From positions 1 to 24,051 of the IMG/VR virus record IMGVR_UViG_3300027798_000225: DNA of 24,051 nucleotides; one strand, 5' to 3'. The translations under genes and the position numbers were made by a program. The DNA is from a virus. Its lineage: Duplodnaviria; Caudoviricetes. The notes under the pieces were generated by a model, which searched no databases, was not told the DNA's origin, and was given only the letters and a program-made list of their open reading frames with translations. This document shows positions 17,951-24,051 of this stretch, piece by piece. The stretch's first letter is position 1. Each line of letters opens with the position of its first letter.

Positions 17951-20451
17951 GTGTGACCGTTCAAACAGGAAACAGCGTTGCGATCCAGACTGGAAATCGC
18001 GTTATTATCACCGCGCCGGGGCCGCAGGGACCGCCCGGGAGTGGTGGCGGTGGCACGCCTGGGGGCACGAATACGCAGGTGCAGTTTAACGACAGTAGCA
18101 GCTTCGGCGGAGACGCAGGGCTGACCTACAACAAGACCACCGACACGTTATCAGCGACCAACCTGAACGTCAGTGGCCTTTCAACCTTAGCGCACATTCA
18201 CGGCTCTATTGCTGGCAATCTCTACGTCCACGTCAAGAACACCAGCGGCGTCACCATAGCCAAGGGCACTCCCGTCTATGCAACTGGCAGCGTTGGTACT
18301 AGCGGCGAGATTGAAGTAGCAGCGGCAGATCACACCAACTCGGCAAAGATGCCAGCGATCGGTATCACTGATGCTCAGCTAATTGCAAACGCTGAAGGCA
18401 ACGCCGTGGTGGTTGGTGAGGTCACCGGACTGGCAACGAACAGCTACGCGATCAACCAAGAGCTATTTGTGGGCACGGCTGGACTGCTTGGCGCACTTCC
18501 GGCCACAGGCGAGGCTCAATCCATCGCTGTTGTTTCTCGCGTCCACGCATCGACTGGCATCATCGTTGTTAATGCTCAGGCAAGGCTCAATGCAGCCCTT
18601 CGTGCATTAGCCAACAACGTCGGATCTGGACTAACGGCGCTCAATGCATCGAGCATCACGTCTGGTTCGCTAGCTGACGCTTACATTGCCAGCGCAGCGA
18701 CTTGGAACGCTAAGCAAGACGCTGGCAGTTACATCACCGCGCTGACTGGAGATGTAACCGCTAGCGGGCCTGGCAGCGTTGCGGCGACGCTTGCAAACAC
18801 CGCAGTCACTCCCGGCAGTTACACTAGCGCAAACATCACCGTTGACGCTAAAGGGCGTGTTACAGCGGCTGCAAATGGTAGTGGTGGCGGTGGAACTCCA
18901 GGCGGCGCTAACACCGAACTGCAATTCAATAACTCAGGCGCGTTCGGTGGCGCTGATATTCGCTGGATTGATCCTTACTTGGAAATGCCGATTGAAGGCA
19001 CGTCCGCGACAAGGGCAAAGATTGGGATGCAGTCTGGCGTTGGCAACGGGGATTCCACCGCGCGCGCTGGAAGTTTGATGACTTACGGTGGCGATGCTGG
19101 ATTGCTGCCGCAAAGTCCAGGCGGAGGCGGTGGCGGCTTGGGTGGAGAAATTCTTACTTATGGCGGCGATGGATTTACAAGCGGCGACCCTGGCGGAGAT
19201 TATAGCGGCGGGAACGGCGGTAATATTGAGACTAACGGAGGCAATGCGACCGATGGATCAAACGGGACTGATGGCGGCAGCATCATAACTTCAGCAGGCG
19301 GCGGTAGCATCAATACTTTTCAAGGCTTTATTCAGCTTGGGCAAGTCGGCAGCAGAACCACCATCGAAAGCGGTAAAACTACCGGTAGCGATTACACCCT
19401 CAAGACTCCAACAGCTACAGGCACCGCAGGCCAACTGCTAAACGTCGCCAGCGTGACTGGTAGCGTCGTCCAACTCGGATACCTATCCACACCTGTTGCA
19501 ATCGCCAACGGCGGCACAGGCCAAACCACGCAGACCGCAGCATTCGACGCATTGGCCCCAACCACGACCAAGGGCGACTTGATCGTCCACAACGGCACGG
19601 ACAATATCCGCGTGGCAGTTGGCGCAACTAACGGGCATATGCTGACGGTGGATTCAGCGACAGCAAGTGGCGTGAAGTGGGCGGCGGGTGGCGGTGGATC
19701 AAGCTCTCTCCCACCAGGATGGATTTACGGGCTCACGCTGTCGAATAACACCACCGACGCCGATAATGACATTGACATTGCAACAGGGTCTGCGCGCGCA
19801 GCGGATGACTCAGCGGATTTGGTGCTAGCCTCTGCGCTAACAAAGCGGCTAGATGCAAGTTGGGCGGTCGGAACGAACCAAGGGGGACTTGATACGGGCA
19901 GCAAAGCGAACTCAACTTGGTATGCCGTTTGGCTCATTCGGCGCAGTGACACAGGAGTGGTTGATGCTCTGTTTTCCACCAGCGGAACCGCGCCAACGAT
20001 GCCAACTAATTACGATAGTAAACGTCGAATTGGGTGGATTTACAATAACTCAAGCGACAACATTGAGTCATTCACGCAAGATGGAAATTGGTTTAATTGG
20101 CCTACTTGCCAAGTCGATGTTGATGTTGCAAACCTTGGTGCTAGCCGCGTCCTTTATAGGACTACAACTCCTCCCCAACGGTTGCGATTGCAATTTAATG
20201 GCACGGTTGCACATGCAACAGCTAGCTCCGGCATTGTTTGGGTGGGAGACCCTAGTGTCGTAGATGGCGTTCCATCAGCAAATACTTCACCTGGGTTGAT
20301 TGGCCGAAACTATGCAGGCAACAACGCTGCACCATACGGCAGAACAATTTGCCACACGAATAGCTCTGGGGAAATAGCCGCAAGAGCAATCAATACTAAT
20401 ACCAGCTTGCGAGTTGTCACCGAAGCCTGGGAGGACACAAGATTGCCATGA
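17947..20451 (+). CDS. Mosaic tail fibre / receptor-binding protein
   Basis: 834 aa, Gly/Thr-rich. Contains GPQGPPG, two GTPGG.NT..QFN.S..FGG modules, ITVDAKGRVTAA, IANGGTG and TTKGDLIV fibre motifs. Confidence 0.85.
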   Translation: MSVTVQTGNSVAIQTGNRVIITAPGPQGPPGSGGGGTPGGTNTQVQFNDSSSFGGDAGLTYNKTTDTLSATNLNVSGLSTLAHIHGSIAGNLYVHVKNTSGVTIAKGTPVYATGSVGTSGEIEVAAADHTNSAKMPAIGITDAQLIANAEGNAVVVGEVTGLATNSYAINQELFVGTAGLLGALPATGEAQSIAVVSRVHASTGIIVVNAQARLNAALRALANNVGSGLTALNASSITSGSLADAYIASAATWNAKQDAGSYITALTGDVTASGPGSVAATLANTAVTPGSYTSANITVDAKGRVTAAANGSGGGGTPGGANTELQFNNSGAFGGADIRWIDPYLEMPIEGTSATRAKIGMQSGVGNGDSTARAGSLMTYGGDAGLLPQSPGGGGGGLGGEILTYGGDGFTSGDPGGDYSGGNGGNIETNGGNATDGSNGTDGGSIITSAGGGSINTFQGFIQLGQVGSRTTIESGKTTGSDYTLKTPTATGTAGQLLNVASVTGSVVQLGYLSTPVAIANGGTGQTTQTAAFDALAPTTTKGDLIVHNGTDNIRVAVGATNGHMLTVDSATASGVKWAAGGGGSSSLPPGWIYGLTLSNNTTDADNDIDIATGSARAADDSADLVLASALTKRLDASWAVGTNQGGLDTGSKANSTWYAVWLIRRSDTGVVDALFSTSGTAPTMPTNYDSKRRIGWIYNNSSDNIESFTQDGNWFNWPTCQVDVDVANLGASRVLYRTTTPPQRLRLQFNGTVAHATASSGIVWVGDPSVVDGVPSANTSPGLIGRNYAGNNAAPYGRTICHTNSSGEIAARAINTNTSLRVVTEAWEDTRLP

Positions 20452-20822
20452 AACACGCAACATTAGAATCTAATGTCATCACGGGCATTTTCGCAGCTTC
20501 GCAGAGCTTTGCTACTGAGCTTGTGCCAGATCATGTCGAGGTTGGTTGGGTCAAAAACGGTGATGAGTGGACCGCCCCACGAGAGCCACTCCCCGACGCT
20601 GAAAAATACCAAGTGTTAGACTGGCTCGACGACCACGGCATCACCAGCGCTCACGTTGATGCCGCGCTGCAAAGCATCTCCGACGAAACCCAACGGCGCA
20701 AGGCTCTGCTCAGGTGGCACAGCGTCAATCGCATCCCAGCGGACAATGCGTTTGTGATCCACGTGGCGCAACAACTCAACATCGACCACCGCGAGGCATG
20801 GTCTCAGATTCTTGCAAAATAA
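20448..20822 (+). CDS. Fibre-associated protein (possible chaperone)
   Basis: ATGA-coupled to the fibre, with VPDHVEVGW...GDEWTAP motif. Confidence 0.6.
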   Translation: MKHATLESNVITGIFAASQSFATELVPDHVEVGWVKNGDEWTAPREPLPDAEKYQVLDWLDDHGITSAHVDAALQSISDETQRRKALLRWHSVNRIPADNAFVIHVAQQLNIDHREAWSQILAK

Positions 20823-21061
20823 TGACTCTTGAATCCGCTCTCTTAGCTGCTCTCTCTGGCGTCACTGGCGCTCTTTGTTGGGTCGTAAAACTGATGTATG
20901 CTCGGCTGGTTAAAGCCGAGGAAACAGTCGAAGAGCTGCGGCAGGAAATGGAGCGGCTTGAGCGCGAAAACGGGCAGAACTCGGCTAAGGTCTCGATGTT
21001 TGAGCGATGCCCTAAGCGGCTGGAGTGCCCGTTTAACACCATGAGCCACGGCCAGCCATGA
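20822..21061 (+). CDS. Membrane-anchored coiled-coil protein, lysis-associated (79 aa)
   Basis: N-terminal hydrophobic helix, coiled coil, and C-x4-C-P. TAATG coupling. Confidence 0.65.
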   Translation: MTLESALLAALSGVTGALCWVVKLMYARLVKAEETVEELRQEMERLERENGQNSAKVSMFERCPKRLECPFNTMSHGQP

Positions 21062-21123
21062 GCTTTCCAGAGTCTCCGCATCTCGAAAGGCTAAACCGCA
21101 AAAAGCCAAACCCAGTCAAACCC

Positions 21124-21315
21124 ATGAAAACGATGATTGAAAAATTAACAGAGCCTTCGACCATTCGCGGCATTATCGCGTTGCTTGGTGCTTTCGGCAT
21201 CACTGTGCAGCCCGAATACCACGAACATATCATTGCTGCCGTGCTGGCGCTCATTGGCATCATCAATGTCTGGCGCAAAGAAAGCAAAATCCCAAAAGCG
21301 GAGGTGGTGGAATGA
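21124..21315 (+). CDS. Holin, two TM helices (alternative starts 21058, 21133)
   Basis: LTEPSTIRGIIALLGAFGITVQPE...IIAAVLALIGIINVWRKE, with a charged C-terminal tail. Confidence 0.75.
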   Translation: MKTMIEKLTEPSTIRGIIALLGAFGITVQPEYHEHIIAAVLALIGIINVWRKESKIPKAEVVE

Positions 21316-21548
21316 AGCAGTTTCTCATCAAACAGATTCTCGCTTGGCTAGCTGGCATTACTGCCAAGCAGTGGTCAACCGCACTTCATTGGGTCAGCAT
21401 GGCTGCAAAAGATGTGATGTTGAAAAGCGGAGCAAACCGAAAGGAAGCGGTGACAAAGATGCTGAAAAGCCTTTGGCCTGACCTGCAAGGATGGGCCGTA
21501 AACTTGCTCATTGAAACCGCCGTAGCATTCCAGCGCAAAAACCCATGA
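21312..21548 (+). CDS. Small lysis-region protein resembling the LL-H-type holin C-terminal part
   Basis: SGANRKEAV...VNLLIETAVA pattern, with ATGA overlaps. Confidence 0.55.
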   Translation: MKQFLIKQILAWLAGITAKQWSTALHWVSMAAKDVMLKSGANRKEAVTKMLKSLWPDLQGWAVNLLIETAVAFQRKNP

Positions 21549-21685
21549 CCGCCCGCGCCCATCTCCGCCACAAGATCGAATGCCTTAAACGAGCCCTGGC
21601 ACTAGCCGCTGTGTTCGGTCTGAGCGCGGCGTTGTGGCTTGCAATCGGTTGGATGTGCTGGACTGTGATCAAATCACCACCATGA
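21545..21685 (+). CDS. 46-aa single-TM protein (not in ORF track)
   Basis: MTARAHLRHKIECLKRALALAAVFGLSAALWLAIGWMCWTVIKSPP, with ATGA overlaps at both ends. Confidence 0.7.
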   Translation: MTARAHLRHKIECLKRALALAAVFGLSAALWLAIGWMCWTVIKSPP

Positions 21686-21936
21686 GCCCACCCTTCCCAA
21701 CTTCGCCGCTTGCACTAGCCTTCTCAGAGCCCGACGTGTCCAGCATCGCGCCACACGTCTTCGCGGCTCACGAAGAGCAGTTGGCCAGAGCAACAGCACC
21801 GCAGCCGCAACCGATCACGGCAGAGATCACATTCAAACCCGACATCGGAGCCTTTGAGATGGTCGCAGAAAACCGGGATGCGGTGTCGTTTCTTCGGGCG
21901 CTGGGGCCACAGGCAAAGATTACCATTCATTTCTGA
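21682..21936 (+). CDS. Hypothetical protein (84 aa)
   Basis: ATGA-coupled, ending 1 nt before the endolysin ATG. Confidence 0.6.
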   Translation: MSPPFPTSPLALAFSEPDVSSIAPHVFAAHEEQLARATAPQPQPITAEITFKPDIGAFEMVAENRDAVSFLRALGPQAKITIHF

Positions 21937-21937
21937 T

Positions 21938-22513
21938 ATGACCCGCCAACAGATCCAAGAGATTCAAGAGCGCATCGGCACGACTCCAGACGGATTCTGG
22001 GGGCCGAAGTCTATCAAGGCTTGCCAGCAATATTTGCGGGCTTTGATGCCAACAAAGAACCCCTGGCCACGAAGTGACCGTGCTAGCGTGGAAGCGTTTT
22101 TCGGCAAACCAGGGGATGAATCAAACCTTGTTCCATTCGACTTTCCGTTTCCGACATACTACGGCGGGAAGCGTGTCTTGCGTGGTCGATGCCACGCCAA
22201 AGTCAAGGATTCGCTACTTCGCATCTTGATTGAGATTGGAAGCAAATACGGCGAAGATCGGGGCGTTATAGAAGAGGCCGAGGACTACGGCGGGATTTAC
22301 AATTTCAGGCCGAAGCGCGGCGGTTCATCGCTCTCTTTGCATTCTTGGGGCATTGCGATTGACCTCGATGCCGATGACAATACCTTTCGTGACTCATGGC
22401 CGATGCAGTCAGATATGCCGCTTGAAATCATGGAGTGCTTCGCCCGTGAAGGCTGGCTTTCCGCTGGTGCATTTTGGGGCTATGACGCGATGCACTTTCA
22501 GGCCACTCGGTAA
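21938..22513 (+). CDS. Endolysin: peptidoglycan-binding segment plus M15-family Zn peptidase (191 aa)
   Basis: IQERIGTTPDGFWGPKS, YNFR, SLHSWGIAID and DAMHFQ motifs. Confidence 0.92.
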   Translation: MTRQQIQEIQERIGTTPDGFWGPKSIKACQQYLRALMPTKNPWPRSDRASVEAFFGKPGDESNLVPFDFPFPTYYGGKRVLRGRCHAKVKDSLLRILIEIGSKYGEDRGVIEEAEDYGGIYNFRPKRGGSSLSLHSWGIAIDLDADDNTFRDSWPMQSDMPLEIMECFAREGWLSAGAFWGYDAMHFQATR

Positions 22514-22518
22514 AATGT

Positions 22519-22589
22519 GGCGTCACTGGCAAGCTTAAAGGGTTTGTTGTTGTTCCCGTGGCGGCTTGCTGGTGACGCCCTTTATTTGT
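22519..22589 (+). terminator. Long hairpin plus T-rich tract ending the late region
   Basis: 16-bp stem 22519-22534 / 22564-22579 with two G-U pairs on the + strand, followed by CTTTATTTGT. Confidence 0.6.
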
Positions 22590-22601
22590 AAGGGCTGGAG
22601 C

Positions 22602-22664
22602 AGAATTTTGTAGAAAAGTAGAATTTTGCTAGACAGGTCTGCGGTCATGTGATTTTATTCACCC
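22602..22664 (+). promoter_or_regulatory. Sigma70-like promoter with upstream direct repeats
   Basis: TAGACA(22630)-17 nt-TTTTAT-6 nt-ATG(22665). AGAATTTTG occurs at 22602 and 22620. Confidence 0.55.
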
Positions 22665-22838
22665 ATGAACGATACCATGAGCAAAACACTACCGCCCCCA
22701 CCACCTCCAGTTGGCACCTTCAAAGTCAGCGCAGATCTTCACCGTCGCGTCAAGATCCACGCCTGTCAGCAGGGTTACAAGCTCCAAGACTTCGTTGAGC
22801 GCGTCTTGGAAAAGTCGCTTAACCGCAAGAAGCCTTGA
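22665..22838 (+). CDS. Ribbon-helix-helix DNA-binding protein (57 aa; not in ORF track)
   Basis: MNDTMSKTLPPPPPPVGTFKVSADLHRRVKIHACQQGYKLQDFVERVLEKSLNRKKP shows the strand-helix-G-helix pattern of Arc/ParG-type proteins. Confidence 0.8.
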   Translation: MNDTMSKTLPPPPPPVGTFKVSADLHRRVKIHACQQGYKLQDFVERVLEKSLNRKKP

Positions 22839-22883
22839 GCATAACTTTATACAACACCGATAATACCAAATACAGATCGAACG

Positions 22884-23072
22884 ATGAAACCGACCCTTAA
22901 CACTCGCCGCTTACTTACCTTTGCTCGCTGGATTTCCTCGGCATGCTTCTGGCAATACTGCCGCCACCACAGCACTTTACCGCTGTGCGATAAGCAGGTC
23001 AAGCACGCGCAGCTTCTGGCGCGCTGGGCAAAGCACGATCTTCAGGCATGGAGGGCCGTAACTTTCCAATGA
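22884..23072 (+). CDS. Hypothetical protein (62 aa)
   Basis: A/C-rich leader and ATGA coupling to the next gene. Confidence 0.6.
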   Translation: MKPTLNTRRLLTFARWISSACFWQYCRHHSTLPLCDKQVKHAQLLARWAKHDLQAWRAVTFQ

Positions 23073-23269
23073 CCATCCACCGCCTTATCTTTGAGCTAGA
23101 GCAGCTAGCGGGAAAACTTCCGAGCGGCTACCAATCCGATGTCGTCGCCTGGGTCCGCGTACCGAATGCCGGTGAGTCCGCAGTCCTCGAAGTCTCCGAA
23201 GTGCAACAAGGCTATCGCATCACGCACGGCGGGCCAATCGCAACAATTTGCCTGGATCAACGGGCTTAA
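23069..23269 (+). CDS. Hypothetical protein (66 aa)
   Basis: MTIHRLIFELEQL start, typical of small phage proteins, with ATGA overlap. Confidence 0.7.
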   Translation: MTIHRLIFELEQLAGKLPSGYQSDVVAWVRVPNAGESAVLEVSEVQQGYRITHGGPIATICLDQRA

Positions 23270-23283
23270 CCAAAAACAACACC

Positions 23284-23421
23284 ATGAAATCCCTCCTCTA
23301 CTCCCTCCTGCCCTACTGGGCCATTGCATCCATCCGCCGCCGCCGTGACATTGCCCGCCGCTACAAGCTCGCCGTGCGGGACAATGGCCGCATCTACGGC
23401 ACTTACCTTGACCCTCTCTGA
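23284..23421 (+). CDS. Hypothetical protein (45 aa; not in ORF track)
   Basis: MKSLLYSLLPYWAIASIRRRRDIARRYKLAVRDNGRIYGTYLDPL, after the leader CCAAAAACAACACC. Confidence 0.55.
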   Translation: MKSLLYSLLPYWAIASIRRRRDIARRYKLAVRDNGRIYGTYLDPL

Positions 23422-23474
23422 ATTTCCAACACACCGCAGCCCCGCACAACCCTGCACTCCACTTCACGACATCC
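23422..23474 (+). repeat. Pentamer array 1: ATTTCC-NN-(CVC-NN)8-CATCC, candidate guide RNA
   Basis: TCC AA, CAC AC, CGC AG, CCC CG, CAC AA, CCC TG, CAC TC, CAC TT, CAC GA, CAT CC. Confidence 0.85.
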
Positions 23475-23475
23475 T

Positions 23476-23548
23476 ATTTCCTGCACACCACTTCACCACA
23501 CGCCACAACACGCCACGACACTCCACTTCACGACACAACACAACATCC
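23476..23548 (+). repeat. Pentamer array 2: ATTTCC-NN-(CAC-NN)12-CATCC, candidate guide RNA
   Basis: TCC TG, then CAC followed in turn by AC, TT, CA, GC, AA, GC, GA, TC, TT, GA, AA, AA, then CAT CC. Confidence 0.92.
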
Positions 23549-23553
23549 ACTTT

Positions 23554-23567
23554 CCCTCACCCGAGGG
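23554..23567 (+). other. Small hairpin closing the arrays
   Basis: CCCTC-ACCC-GAGGG. Confidence 0.5.
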
Positions 23568-23599
23568 CTAAACCAAAACACAACAAGAACGATACACAT

Positions 23600-24051
23600 A
23601 TGAAAATCGCAACCGTCACACTTGAATCAGTCGCACCCTATTCGCAGTCCCGTTACCACGGCACGCCCAAAGATCCAAAGGAGGGGCACGACGACTATGA
23701 AGAACGCACTTGGCGCGAGAAGGGCCACTGGGACACCAAGACCGGAGAGCTGTTCATCCCGCCCATGGCTATCAAGCAGTGCCTGGACGCTGCCGTCAAA
23801 CGCTCTGGCAAGCAGATCCCGGGCAAGGGCAAGGCCACTTACACCAAGCACTTCCTCGGCGGGGTGATGGTGTTTGAGCCCGCCGTCTTGGAGGACCACA
23901 ACGGCAACCGCTACACCCGCGAGAACATCACCAAATGGAGCGGCATGATGAGCAGCACCGGCGAGAAGGGCAAGGCTGGTGGCAAGGTCGTGCTGCGTCA
24001 CTTCCCAGATGCGCCGACCTGGAACACCACGGTTCAATTCCACGTCATGGA
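23600..24051 (+). CDS. Cas7/RAMP-like protein (3'-truncated; not in ORF track)
   Basis: The frame is open to the window end: MKIATVTLESVAPYSQSRYH...YEERTWREKGHWDTKTGELFIPPMAIKQCLDAA...KVVLRHFPDAPTWNTTVQFHVM. The N-terminal strand ending in Pro and G..FIP..AIK..L resemble RAMP motifs. Confidence 0.72.
   Translation, partial: MKIATVTLESVAPYSQSRYHGTPKDPKEGHDDYEERTWREKGHWDTKTGELFIPPMAIKQCLDAAVKRSGKQIPGKGKATYTKHFLGGVMVFEPAVLEDHNGNRYTRENITKWSGMMSSTGEKGKAGGKVVLRHFPDAPTWNTTVQFHVM

Noticed and set aside
17947-20822. Diversity-generating retroelement or invertible fibre cassette
   Set aside because: No reverse transcriptase, invertase, template/variable repeat pair or flanking inverted repeats were seen.
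23422-23548. CRISPR array or simple microsatellite
   Set aside because: There are no 23-47 nt repeats with spacers. Variation is concentrated at two fixed positions of each pentamer, unlike slippage-derived repeats.
23622-24043. Track ORFs 23622-23867 (+) and 23627-24043 (-)
   Set aside because: They are shadows of the frame from ATG 23600, which the track missed because it has no stop in the window.
1-24051. Integrase, att site, tRNA, IS element or contractile sheath gene
   Set aside because: None was recognised by eye. Prophage versus free phage cannot be decided from this window.

Overview
This is a 24 kb piece of a tailed dsDNA phage or prophage, almost entirely + strand, with siphovirus-type gene order. 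It runs from a 5'-truncated lambda GpA-type terminase through a small antisense two-gene insert, gpW-like adaptor, lambda-family portal, ClpP-type protease with nested scaffold and major capsid protein. An inserted glycosyltransferase/methyltransferase block follows. Next come head-tail and tail genes (with a -1 frameshift chaperone pair and a short tape measure), tail-tip and fibre genes, and a lysis cassette with an M15 peptidase endolysin. The window ends in an early-type operon led by a ribbon-helix-helix gene. The best novelty candidate is at 23422-24051: two arrays of 5-nt units (constant CAC plus a variable dinucleotide) lie directly upstream of a Cas7/RAMP-like gene missed by the ORF track, suggesting a non-CRISPR RNA-guided phage system. 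A second signal is a TTGAC-N14-16-start codon motif heading seven structural gene blocks. All calls come from reading motifs and gene order by eye; no searches were run.
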